Positions 38,385-51,400 of a stretch of DNA of 64,000 nucleotides are shown here, in pieces; position 1 is the first letter of the stretch; each line of letters starts with the position of its first letter. A program made the position numbers and the translations under genes. The DNA is taken from positions 62,001 through 126,000 of the forward strand of contig NW_026866645.1 of the NCBI RefSeq assembly GCF_026571515.1, in the 5' to 3' direction. A model generated the notes under the pieces. The model was not told where the DNA came from. It saw only the letters and a program-made list of their open reading frames with translations, and did no database searches. This stretch comes from Ruditapes philippinarum (lineage: Eukaryota).

Positions 38385-39545
38385 TATTAATATACTAATG
38401 TCCCCAAACAATAGTTTTTGTAGCGAACGTCCTTCCGTCCGTCAGTCTTTCCCCTATATTGTCATTTATGGATGGATTTGAGCACATTTGGACAATTTGT
38501 CAAGTACAACATCTAGGCCTGAAGTTTCAAGGTCAAGGTCAAACTTCAAAGGAAAGTTTAATAAATATGCATTGAAGATCGTTTGATACAAGCAAATGAT
38601 TAACAATTCTGTAAATGAAGAATGAATTTAAGAATCATTATGCATAGATGTGAACGACGTGCATAGCGCAAGCATTTGGTTTCTACCTCAAAGGTCAAGT
38701 TTGTTCACACTAAGTCTTGTAGATTGTAGATAAAAGTCATGATATGAATTTTTATAAATAATTTGATATAAATGATTAATACATGATCGTGCATATAGGC
38801 CAAAAAACTAGTTTAAATGTTAGGGTCATACTTGTATGTCACACTTGACAATTGTGAAAATTTTGTCTTTTTTGGGGCAAAGCTTTGTCATTCATGTGTG
38901 GATCTTAAAATAACTATGCATCTATGCATAAATATGTTGCATGCCATGATGATATGTAATGGGGATAAGTGGATAAGTTAGCTCAGTAGCCTTAAGGTCA
39001 AGTTTATACTTGAATGTCAAACATCATGACATGGAGGTGCATTGATAGCCATGCCCAGTCCATGACTTTTGTCATACTGTGACCAAATTTATAATACCTT
39101 GGTGTAAAGAAACAGTTTGTGATGAGTTTGTAACTAAACGATCAGGGTCACGCTAGGTATTTTATAGTTTCATAAAAAGAACACCGATGGTTATATCCAG
39201 TCATCAATTCTATCATCCATAAAGGGATTTTGAAACAACTAAACATACTTCTGTGGCACGTTAGGAAAACTTCTCACATTTAAAGACCATGTTAACAGTA
39301 TAAAACATGATGAATATACAGTGCCATAATTGTACATTGATGGTTGTGTAGTCATATTTTTGTCATTCATTTGCGGAATTTAAATAATTGGGCTAACTGA
39401 GAATATAAGAAAATATTTGTTAATGTTTTTATATTATGGAAACACTTTTTTATAGAAGCCATGCCTTTGATGCAAGTCGGGTTCATGGCAACTCTAATTT
39501 GCCCTGCATAGTGGTGCATTTATTGTCTCAACAACAATTCTTCTG
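38385..39545 (+). mobile_element. Degenerate Helentron-associated (HINE-like) element in CYP copy B intron 8
   Basis: CGTCC microsatellite near the 5' end and repeated AAGGTCAAG-containing internal units; boundaries approximate. Confidence 0.5.
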
Positions 39546-42500
39546 ATTTCTTTTCAATGAGAGTAATATAATGAAAATAGATACTATTTTGTCCAGCATT
39601 ATAATATAAACATTCACAGTGTATCGTACAGATGGTTTGTGATTTATTACTCAGTCATAAAAATTAAGTCCTTTATTTGATACTTAAAACATCATATAGA
39701 AATGATATATTTTTATTTCCTTTGGTGAAATAAAGGCAAGGACAGATTACCAGGAATTGATGACCTGCCAAATTTGAGTTACACAGAAGCTGTGCTTCAT
39801 GAAAGTATGCGTCTGTCACTAATTGTTCCTTTAGGAATACAACACATGACTCTTTGTGACACTGAAGTTGGTGAGCGGTTTTTGATAATTCTATTTTCCA
39901 GTTTCGGTTAATACAACAAAAAATATTTGATTTATTTTTAGATGTTCTTTGTGTTGCCGGTCTTAGAGTTTTATATACAGTATCTGGGCATGACGGTCTG
40001 TAGGACAGGGAAAATCATTGGAGGCCAAACTTGTTTTGCATAATATATTGTTTGTTCCTTAGTTTCGTTGAAATTTTGAACCTTCTCATCATGCAATATT
40101 TATTTAATGATTTTCTCTTGTTTGAAACGGTGTACTGTGTTTTGCAGGTGGTTACAAAATTCCTAAAGGAACAGCTGTGAACATCAACCACTGGGCCTTA
40201 CACAACGACCCAGATGAATGGGAAGAGGTCGAGCGATTTATGCCAGAAAGATACTTGGACGAAAACGGTAAACTTGGGCCTAAACCTAAGAATTGGTTGC
40301 CATTTTCGGCGGGAAAGAGAGTTTGTCTTGGGGAATTTGTAGCCAAACCGGAACTTCATTTGATCTTTGCAAGTTTGATGCAACGCTACAAGTGGAAAAT
40401 GGTATCTGGAAAGTGCCCGAATATGGAACAAATTGGATACTTAGTAAATAGATACCACCCAAACAAAGTCATTGTTGAGAAACGACTATAGACTCAATTA
40501 TAGCAGGAAAGCTTCTATATTCCTAAATGGCGGTAAAAGCTTTATAATATGACGTTTGTGCATATTGTTTGCATATTTATATCATGTATAATCATACGCA
40601 GACCATGAACATTTTCCTACGCCGGTCAAATTATTTTTATATATTCCCACTTCTTATGTATTCAGGATTGCTATTTTGGTACATTTAATATGTCTCTGTT
40701 CATATTTCGTAATCGTATGTTAATATAACCTGATTTTCATTTCACGCAACACCAAAACGAGCTGTTAAAACTCAATGATGTACAATTAAACCAACTGAAT
40801 AAATTCATTTCAAGTTACAACGGAAGAAAAAACAGGATATATTTCATTAGCAAATGGGTGTAAGTAAGGGTCATTTATAACAATGGGAATAATATGTAAA
40901 AATAATGTAACATTAATTTGTATTACAATGAATGGTATCAATATTTCTTTAATGGTCCATTTTAATCCGGGACAATTTTCTATTGTAAAAGAAAGTACAC
41001 TGAATGTTAATGATGAGCAATGGAACTCAAATAAACTCCATTAGACGAGAAAGTAAAATATATTTATTTAGCCTCTGTGACACAGAATTTATTATTTCAT
41101 TATATGTCGTGATAGCTTTATCTTTTGTAGCTTAAGTCTTCAACTTGTTTTATCTGCACAAACATGTCAGGTTTTATTGCTAAATCATTGTTTCAAACAT
41201 CATCATCATCATCATCAGTTGACGTCCTAATTAGCTGTAACAAATGAACCAATAAAAATAAAACGAGCATATTGTTTATTTCCAAGGAAAGCATAAAAAC
41301 ATGTCATTGACGACATAAAAGTAAACATATTCTGAATTTAGCAAAATACATTTTCTTTGTTTGTTTGTTGTTGTTTTTAGTTTAGTTTTTTTCTTCTTGG
41401 CAAGTCTGATCAGAGCTTTAGAATAGTTATATCTAATTAGTACCCTGATTATGCATTCAATTTTCAGATATTTATTATAATGTCGTATACGATATATTTA
41501 AATGTAACCTATTAATATAATGGATTTAAATACAAAATAAACGATACTTGTTGTGTGAGATTCTCAAAATAAAACAATACCTCTAGTCTAAGAGTGAAAA
41601 ATCAAATATGTTGTATAGTAATATAAAAACACCTGAAAAATGTTGTATAATATTATAAAAACACCTGAAAAAAGCGTATTACATGTACTTAAGTCGTTAC
41701 ATTTTAATTTGACGAAGATAGCCTAAAATATTCGTTATAATTTCTAATCAATTACTTAATATCTTATATTATTTGACCCACTGTATGAACAACATTTATT
41801 CTAGAACCTTTAGTTTATTCAGAACAATTGAAAATCAAGATCAGATATGCTTATTGTTTTTTATTGTTTGTTTGTTTTTTTTAACTTGCATATCTTATAA
41901 GTTATTTAGTACTTACTATGGAGTCGCTGGTAACTTTCTTGGCGGCCGGTTTTTTGTCCTTTTAATATTTACAATTTTAATGCCAAGTTTTATATTTGAA
42001 CGGGTGAATATATTTTTTCCTACACCCCGACCAGACTCTTAGGAGAAAATTCTGTATACTCGATTTTTAATATTCAATGAACAGAAACATCAGCTGTTTG
42101 CACAACACAAAAGGCAAAGAGGCAAAGCAAACAATTTTCCTTTCCAATCAGTTTTTATCACGCAAATATTGTGTTCATGTTCGTTGATAATGTTTTTTTT
42201 TTATCTCGTAACTCTTAAAAAGCATATTACCCAATAAAACCTCTTTACATTAATTTAACAGGAAATTATAACTATAAATTTGACACAATTGTATCTCTCA
42301 GGTTACTTAAATGGAAAAACTGATATGTGTCGCCGTGCTTTTTGCAATCTGGATTTTAATATCCTCATAAAATGTACAAGAAAATATTTTCAAATATTTA
42401 TAACTTTTAATTTGGTCGACAAATACTCAGTTTAAATATAAAGGTTATACAATTTAGAATATTTAAAATGATTCAAGTGGCTCATATTATTTTTATTTTT

Positions 42501-42784
42501 TTTTGCCTGTTTGACTTCTGATGTACAAACTCAATCAAACCCAGTCTGCAGTGTCCGTGTAATTTTGCTGTTTTTGATGCTTCAAAGGGATCATTCAGAC
42601 ATTGTGGCGAAAAAATAAAATCTCCTTTGTTTTTCATTTGTCTTGTGTGCTTATATTCTGTACCATGTTTTATAAAGACTGAACACTTTCGTCCCTACCA
42701 TGAATTAGTATTTCAATAAGTTTTTTTAAGTCTCCATTTGTATATGCATCGTTATTGTTATTTCGTTCATTAGTCATTTTTGGT

Positions 42785-42873
42785 TTTCGTGAATTGATGA
42801 AGTTGAAATTGTGCATGAATTCGTGAAGATTAGATGAATTCAAGAAGTAAAATGTCACCACCGGCCTTTCGTA
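42785..42873 (-). repeat. Short piece of the 22-bp array element with CACCGGCCTTTCGTA terminus
   Basis: Same units and terminus as 23170-23697. Confidence 0.65.
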
Positions 42874-43242
42874 CCGTACTTATATACATAAGAGTATTCA
42901 CATTTCAGACTCAAAATTTTACGAATTTGTTTTAAGAACTGAGTAAAGTGATGTTATATTTCACACAGAAACATAAAGATTTGAATTATTCTGGTTGAAA
43001 ATTTCGTTTTATTTCAGATTATTATTTTCAACTTCTGCAAATGTAAAATAATCCGAAAAAGTGTGATCCTTCGGAAGCATTAATCATAACAAAATCACAT
43101 AAAAATTGCAGGCTCGGTTTAATTGTGAGTCTGTACATGAGCGATAATGAAAAAGTGCAACATCCTTCACGCCCCCAAGCACCGGTTTGTTTCAACACTT
43201 AAAAGTGCTGGAACCAATGATCCCAAACACCGGGTACACGGG

Positions 43243-46200
43243 CAAGGGCGTAGTGCCCATTACGCACAATACGCACTTGCGTATAAAAAAAATCCGAAGG
43301 TAAAAAAAAAGAAGAAGAGAAAATCTAAGTTTTAACGATTTTATCGCTATAGATCTAAATAATTTATCCCTTTTTGTTTACAAAATATTTCGTTGCGTCT
43401 TACTGTTTAGTTTATGACGTAATTACTTGTACTATGTAATGAGTGTAAACTATGATTGCGTCACTCTCGATCGTGTGACGTTTCTAGTTATCATTGTAAT
43501 TTATGTGCAATAGGAATGTAAGTTTCTATTAAACTCGAAGCATTTACAAACCTATTGCGCAGAGATAAATGTAAATCTCAGCATTGATTAATCTACATGG
43601 AATAAGGAATCTCGTTACTTAAACTAGGCTCATAATAACTTATCGTTGGTTACACACTCGGAAAAAAAAGATTATCAAGACTTTTTTTAAAGAATTAAAT
43701 CAATCCTTTCAAGAACAATTCCTTTGGAATATCTCTAATTTAAAACAACTTAAAATCTTCAATTTTCATTAATCTAAATTTAAGTCATCAACTCGGTTAT
43801 CAAAATTCAAAGAAACATCCGCCAAATTCCAGGACAAGCGACCCTGTTTAAGGTGCTTAAACAGGACCTCATTCAAACCAATAATGAATCTGGCCAGGAA
43901 GAAACAAAGCAGAATTCACAAGACATGGCATGTGACCCTCTTGTGATCAGCAAATAAGACACCAATGTCGCGTCTCCTTCTCCCCCTTCTTCCTCTTCCC
44001 CTGTATCTTCCTCTGCTTCTTCTTCTGAACCCTCTAGAACCGTTACAAGCTCCCTTGGAGCATGATTCCTGGATATCGGAAGTCTTGATACCAAATGCCG
44101 ACTTAGAATGCCAGATTCTAAAAAATATGCTGTCCTTACCACACGGTTCGAGCCACATAGAGGTTGGGTTGCACCTCTCAGAGAACTCGGAAAAAGGGCA
44201 GCAAGTAGGCGAGTACCGGACTTTGTATTTGAGCACGAAAAGCATCCCTACTTAAGATACAGCCCTTTACTTGATGGGGTATTTTGTGCTCCATGTTTTG
44301 CCTTTAATGCAGCTGAAAATGTGCTTGTTGCTCGTCCGTTGATTGACTGGAGCAACGCAAGGAAAGTCGTTGATGGGCACACACGATCAAAAGAGCACAT
44401 AAATTCCATCACAAGAGCCGACCACTTTGTACGCATCTGCAGGAAGGAAGAGCAGAATGTGGTCGAGTTCGGATCAACGGCCTACCGGCAGAAAGTCCAA
44501 AAGAACAGGGAGGCGTTAACAGCCATCATTGAGGCCATTATTCTTTGTGGGCAACAAAATATAGCCTTACGCGGTAAAATTGAAAGCCGCAGCAACATTA
44601 GAGCTCTACTCAACTACCGTGCAAAAGCTGACGCCTCTCTGAAGGAACACATGACATCAGCACCAAAACATGCCCAGTATACGAGCCCAGAAATACAGAA
44701 CGAATTTATCTCACTCTGTGGTAAACAAATTTCTAGCTCGATTACCCAACGATGCCAAAACGCTAAGTACTTCACGGTTATGGCAGATGAGTCTGCAGAC
44801 GTGAGCGACACTGAACAATTTGCGTTCTGTGTACGCTACGTTGATCGGGAAAGTTCGGGTGACCATGTGGTCCGTGAAGAATTTTTGTCCTTTGTTGTTG
44901 CTGAAAGTACAACAGGTGAGGCCCTGACCACTCTTCTGACAGGAGAAATAAGAAAACATGACCTTGACCCAGCATTGAATGTTGGCCAAGGGTACGACGG
45001 CGCTAGGAACATGGCGGGCAGGATTCGTGGCGTGCAAGCAAGGTTTGCTGAGGCGTATCCACATGCTAAGTATGTCCACTGCCGAAACCACCGTCTGAAC
45101 CTAGCTATCTGCCATGCCTGTCACACAAAGTTGCTCAGCTGACACCTGAAATAATGGAGGACATAAGAAACGAATATGCCAATTTCATTGACATGGATGA
45201 ACTTGACACAGAACTTGAGGTGTGGAGGCATCGACTATCTCATGGCGCTATGGTCAACAATCTTGTGGAAGGCGTCGATGCTACCTACCAATTTCTGCCG
45301 AACATCCACATCATTTTCAAGATACTTTTGACAATGTCAGTGTCAACAGCAACAGCTGAAAGGTCATTTAGCAGTCTAAGGAGACTGGAAACGTACCTTC
45401 GCAGCACCATGTCAGAACAGCGACTCAGTGGTCTTGCTCTGTTGCATATCCACCGCAGTCACACCAGAGACATTGACAAGGTGCTGAGTGACTTTGATGC
45501 ATCGGGTCATAGACGAATTGCAATCGTTTTTGACAATGCCGAGAGAGACGCATCCTCTGATGACGAGTAAATCGATAAGCAAAAAAAAAAAACTAGCTTG
45601 TTACCTTTGAACAAAAAAAAACAAAAACAAAAACACAAAAAGAAAAAAAACAAACTGTCGCGGGGATATCTATGGGTAAGTCCGTTGTTACTTTCTCATC
45701 ACCGCCAGAGGAGAACTATGGAGTGGTCGAAAGAGTTTCAATGGTCATTAATTAGACCATTTACGATCTCTTTGTATCTGGTAAGTTTCCTGACTTTCTT
45801 ACGATGAAATAGAAGTGTTCTCCGAGCAAGTTGTTCTTACGAAACTGATTGATCAGAAATGATATAAACTTGTTATCTGATTAATTGCGTTTTACATTTG
45901 ATCGGGCATTCATACATAATTTAAACCAATTACATGATCTGCATCCTCAGTCGAACTTCACATGGAAAAATTGTTGTGTATGCTTATATGCACGTGTTAA
46001 ATAAGATAACTACAAGGCGAACATTGCATTTTTTCCACAAATCTATTCGAAGTTATAATGAAATAAGTTAAAAAATAAAAAGAGCTGCTGTATGTTTTTA
46101 GGCAAAAAAATGATGAAAATGCTCCATGCTTTACGTGCGAAAGGTTCTTCAAGACATGCCAGAGCCCACATTTAACATCTATTTTTTCAAAATTTTCCGG

Positions 46201-46315
46201 GGGAGGCCCCCCGGACCCCCACTAGTGGCCCCCGGACCCCCTCCCACAACCTCCCCCGCTCGGCACTTCGTGCCTCGCTTTGCGTATATTTTTCAAAATC
46301 CTAGCTACGCCCCTG
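43243..46315 (+). mobile_element. hAT DNA transposon (Tip100/ZMYM1/PRKRIR-like transposase), internally deleted
   Basis: TIR CAAGGGCGTAG / CTACGCCCCTG, flanked by CACGGG on both sides (43237-43242, 46316-46321); higher GC than the flanks. Confidence 0.9.
44072..45570 (+). pseudogene. hAT transposase, split (44108-45142 and 45154-45570)
   Basis: TTF-type zinc finger (FCAPC...H....EH), IALRG, YTSPEIQNE, MADESADVS, GQGYDGA, HCRNHRLNL, then C-terminal dimerisation domain SVSTATAERSFSSLRR...RLSGLALL. The middle region is missing and there are upstream stops. Confidence 0.9.
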
Positions 46316-46699
46316 CACGGGTGTATATACTTTATTACTGTGAGATCAATGTTAATTCGAATTGAATGATGAACAAAACGTGATACATTTTAACTTTTGC
46401 GCATATAAAATACTAGTAACATATGTAACAAAAATGACTTAAATATTGTCACCGTCCAATCAAAAGGAATGGATTTCAGAAATTTAAAATATTAGTTTTT
46501 TTTGTAATAATCTTTTCCATAGAATGCAAAACACTTATTTATAGCGGTTGCTAGATACGTGATCCCACACGATCTTATCTGAGGATCTGAGCATAGTACT
46601 ATGAAATTGCATCGTCTAATGCATTTCGTATGTAATGAAAATTGTAATGACATGATGAAATTTGATTTTTTCACCGCCTTTACTTTTTACATTCACATA

Positions 46700-46970
46700 A
46701 TATGGTGGCTGATTTGTGTCATTCGTGTTTTCACCCCGCGACCCCGCCAAGCGAAAAGTCGATAATGAACAAGTTAAAATGGCGGGGGCGGAGAGCGAAA
46801 ACACGCTAATTGGCGGGGGCGCGGGGCAAAGTTTAATAAATAAAACTTCGTTTAATAAATAAAACTTCGCCCCGCTTCCGCCAATTAGTGTTTTCGTACC
46901 GTGATCCGCCGTTTATTTCTTAAATCTCGCTTCACTATTTAGATCATTTGGCGACATAACGGCTTTACTG
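46700..46970. repeat. Small palindromic MITE-like remnant
   Basis: CGAAAACACGCTAATTGGCGG...CCGCCAATTAGTGTTTTCG arms around a tandem 20-bp duplication. Confidence 0.6.
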
Positions 46971-48155
46971 TTAAAAGACAACCTCAGGTGCCCTTTCGTG
47001 CATTCAGACACGTGAGGGCACCTAAGTAGAACCATCAAAAGACTATGTCAAGCATCAAACTCTCAGCGATGAAGGGCAAGTGGTTTGAACGACTTTAATC
47101 ACTCGGCCTCGAACAGAACAACAAAATATATATTGCTATAATAGCTATTCTAAGTCATAATTACTATTTCAACATCATTAAGAACATAATTGAATTTTAT
47201 GTGCCACACTATGTCATTATTATTATTCAAGCGAGTTTACCGTTTCCCCCCTAAAATATCTTAAGTTTATGCCCCTTCAATTAAAAGTGTACTTATCTCA
47301 CTTCGGGGTTTATCAGTATATTTGTATCTGGGTCATCAGTAAAATCTTATAAATACATCAATGATATAAGTGAGTGCAATTTTGGTATGTATGTTTTAAA
47401 ATAATGCTTACATTTTCTTTGTTTTCAATGAATTTTTAATTATCTTTAATATGAACGGTATTGTATTTAAAAACGTGAACAAACTTTTGATTTTATCAAA
47501 ATTTACAAAAGGGGACATCTTAATGCTTATGACAACAGTTTACTTTAAACATGGAAAAGTTTTATATATAATTGCCCCCCCCCCTCATTATTCTCATACT
47601 GGAACGCACGTGTATGAAAACAACGTGCACGCGTGCAGAATCTAAGAAAAATAATTTATAGCAAATGTTTTATAAAGCAGATATTTCATAACTAAGCATT
47701 TGTAATTACGTGATTACGTGATTCCTACAATCTGACATTAAATAGTTGAATATAATATGAAAATCTTTGAAAGAACCACAATGGGGTAACAAAACCTCAT
47801 ATTTCATATATCTTACTTTTTATCAACTGGGGTACTACAGTGTTACGGAAAATATGTGCAAAAGATGATAAATTGATGAATGTTATTTAGTGCAATTCTT
47901 AGTTTGTTTTTTTTCCAGTTTAAGGTCATTTTGTACAATAAATATGATTATTCTGGAAAAGTAGAAAAAAAAACTGAAGGATTTGAAATTTTGCACACGA
48001 ATTATTTGCATCGGCATTCATCAAATATTATAAAAATCTAAAAATAAATAAAAATAAATACAATAAAATCAGTCCGGTCATGTGAAAAACTCAATGTTAT
48101 GGTCCATTTAAGAACGAATTCTCCATTTGTTGATTATGTCAATTCTTAAATAATT

Positions 48156-48389
48156 GAGCCGTGTCATGACAAAACCAACATAATGGGTTTGCGACCAGCA
48201 TGGATCCAGACCAGCCTGCGCATCCACGCAGTCTGATCAGGATCCATGCTGTTCGCTATCAGTTTCTCTACTTTAATAGGGTTTGTAAGCGAACAGCATG
48301 GATCCTGATCAGACTGCGCGGATGCGCAGGCTGGTCTGGATCCATGCTGGTCGCAAACCTTTTATGTTGGTTATGTCGTGAAACGGCTC
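48156..48389. mobile_element. Sola-like palindromic MITE
   Basis: GAGCCG...CGGCTC termini, AATT duplicated on both sides, arms of about 100 bp. Confidence 0.85.
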
Positions 48390-48419
48390 AATTGTCACTT
48401 ATTTTAAATCAAAGTAAGA

Positions 48420-51400
48420 ATGGCACATGGAAATCTTAGTTGTCTCGCTGGGTTACTTATTGTGCTGTCTGCGCATGCGTATAGCGGAGACGCGCTGACT
48501 GAGATGCTGAAAGCTGGGCTGGGTAATATCGTCAAAGAAACCATCAACAGTCCTGTCACATATGAAAAAGGAACAATTCCTACATGGTTGTCAGGTAATT
48601 AAAATTCTTGAAATTAATCTTTAGTCCATTTAATTGTTGGGGGAAATATTCCTACGCTTACGTGGTCATTTTTTTTTTTTTTTACAAATTAAAAATATAA
48701 AACATTTCAATTTGCTCTTTGTTCAAAATTTCTTATAAGATCATAGAACAATGTTATTAAGTATTAAATAAACAGACAATAACGGTCATATATGTATTAT
48801 GATTGATAGAAAAATAGAGATCTAATCTGCATGTAAGCCTACTTCTTTAAAGAAGGATTGCATGTATATATGCTATCGCGTGATTTGGTGTTTTACAAAA
48901 TAACTGTAGTATTCAAATAAGTTAAGATTAATTGACATGTATATTCTTAAAAGATATTTCATTATTAAAGTTAATGATGTTTTGCATTTTGCATACTGTG
49001 AACCAAAGTGTTATCATGGTGATGTCAGTCTTGTTTGATATTGATGGGTCTTATAAAAAATCTGGAGCAAAGTTCTCCCTCGGAAGCATTAATCAAAAAC
49101 AAAACAGTCAATTACATGAAAATTGCAGATTCGGTTTGATTTAGTCGGTACATGTGGGATAATGAATAAGTGCAACATTCCTAAAGTGCCCCTAGCACCG
49201 GCTTCAGTGGTACATACTTATCCACACTTTAAAGTATTGGTCTTAGCTTGTCGGTTCTTGCAGGCATCTGAAATAGCCTCTGACATTAACACTTACTCCC
49301 TTCGACCGCCAGTGATAAGTTGTTACCAGCACTAGCCAGGTCAGCCTGCACTGATAAGTTGTTGCCAGCACTAGTTAGGTCAGCCTGCACCTCTACGCAG
49401 TGCGACTGGGTCCGACTATTGCCTGTTTGTTTTAAAATTTTGGTATTATTATTCCCTAAATAGCCTATGGAAAGTCCACCTCCCCTAGCATTGGCTCTAG
49501 TCTGTCGATTGTTAAGTGCTTCTATTCGGCAAATCGATTTGTTGATGTTATCAAAAGAGGGTCGAGTATGATATGGTGCGTATGTTATGAATAAGCAAAA
49601 ATATCAAAAATATCAACGCTTGAATCCCCCCCCCACACACACACAATGGAAGCTGGCCTATGGCATTTAAGAAATTCAGTAGGACACAGATGAATTGTTG
49701 CTTTACAAACGATATTTGATTCTAAATCTTGCATCCCTTTTTGTAACATTCGACCAAAGAATTTGAAATTCTTAATTTGAATTGCCTTGTTACTGAAACA
49801 TATAAAATTATTCAAAACAGAAATATTTGTCCATTCACGATTATTTAGGTAACTTTATTCGACACGCATGTGGAACGTTTGGTGAGACAGATCACAGAAA
49901 CAAAAATCTACCCAACTATATAGAACATTTGTTTGACTGCTTCGAGATGGGAAGCAAGTTCAAAATAAACAACGGAAGGGTGACTTTTACAAACAGGTAA
50001 GAAAACAGTGCACTAGTTGCGGTGATAGGAACACTTTAAAGATCCTGTAACACAATTTTTATGGTTTTATATCATAAATTTGATGCGGAAATTAAGATTT
50101 ATCAATATCGTAAGTTCCAAAAAGCATTATTTATTAAGATAATACCCAATTTAACATTTCAAGTAAATAAAGGGTGGTAAATAAAAATTTATTTTTTATG
50201 AAGTCTTAGTTAAACTTTTCAATGAGGAATGAATGCATATAGTTCAATGATTACATATAATGCACACAACTATTTGCAGTACATGTTTTTCCATGTTTGA
50301 AAATTGTTTTATAGGCATAATTATATACATGATATATATAATTTCAGTTAAGTATGGTAGCAACCTCAATTATAACATACAAGATCATGAATTGGTTTAT
50401 AGATATGTGAAAAGTTCATAGATTTATATGCATGTACGCCAATTTCTTTATTTCAAATACATGTATATAGTTTAAATGAACCTTTTATATAATAAATATG
50501 TGAATAGTTCATAGATATTCATATTCGCCAATTTCGTTTTTAAAATGATAAAATTGAACCTGACATTTTATATAAAGTAACAAAACTTTGTTGTACATAT
50601 ATATTGGTAACACTTTTGGTAAAGTTGTTAATCTTGCATCTATATTGAAAACTCGCATTTTATCTAGTGAAGTTTGAAATTTGTTGTCAAATCTTGCTAC
50701 AGTAGCTTTGAACTACAGTGAGCCGCTTTACTGGGGTTATATTGTATATATTTTTTTCTATTTCAGATGGTACGATACAACAGTGGAGGATATTTTCAAC
50801 ACATATCGCCGTCAAATGAATGCTTCTTCTATGTTTGTCCATTCAATATATTCACAAATGGTAAGCTGATATCTTCTTTTACATTCAGTATGAATATTGT
50901 TCCCGTAATTTATTCTAAAATGATGGATGATGTTGTCAACATGCCCATTTGTAGCTGTGAGCTGGGTAAGGGTTAAGAGTTGCATTAATGCACTGCTTAT
51001 AACAAAACAAATATATAAAAAATAATAATAATATTAACATTATTTAAGAGTACATGTATTATAGAGGAACAGTAATTTGCATGTTTACACGCTTTGACAG
51101 CACTATAAACAAGAACTGTCGGAGGACAGCATTTGCTCGACTATTCAAAAATTGTCACAAGGGTGTTTTATTATGAATAATAATGCTATTTACCTATGAA
51201 TACATAAAATTGACCGAAAAGGTACAAAGGCTTGTTATTAAGATGTTTTATCAAGTAAATCACTACTTTATTATTATGAATGCATAAAAAATGTCCCCAA
51301 AAAAAGGCATAAACACTTCAGTAGTTATGGAGATAACAGCTTACAAGCAAACCTTTACCATGAATTTCTAAGTTGAAAAAGGGGAGAAAAATCAGCCTAA

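Larger units (their letters stand above)
26602..40491 (+). pseudogene. Cytochrome P450, clan 2 (CYP17A1-like), copy B; full exon set but disrupted. Exons 26602-26749, 26943-27020, 32007-32105, 33214-33307, 33545-33700, 34589-34804, 35670-35795, 38186-38290, 39736-39870, 40148-40491
   Basis: Motifs PPGP hinge, WKLHR, I-helix AGIDTS, K-helix ESMR, PERY and heme FSAGKRVCLG. The repaired CDS sums to 1500 nt (499 aa). In-frame TAA at 26966-26968 (copy A has AAA) and an extra T at about 34690 (exon 216 nt vs 215 in copy A). P450 identity is firm; pseudogene status depends on base accuracy. Confidence 0.85.

Noticed and set aside
43873-45091. Antisense and alternate-frame ORFs over the hAT transposase
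   Set aside because: Shadow frames of a GC-richer coding region with no recognisable motifs.
48200-48439. 79-aa ORF MDPDQPAHPRSLIRIH...
   Set aside because: Translation of the palindromic MITE.
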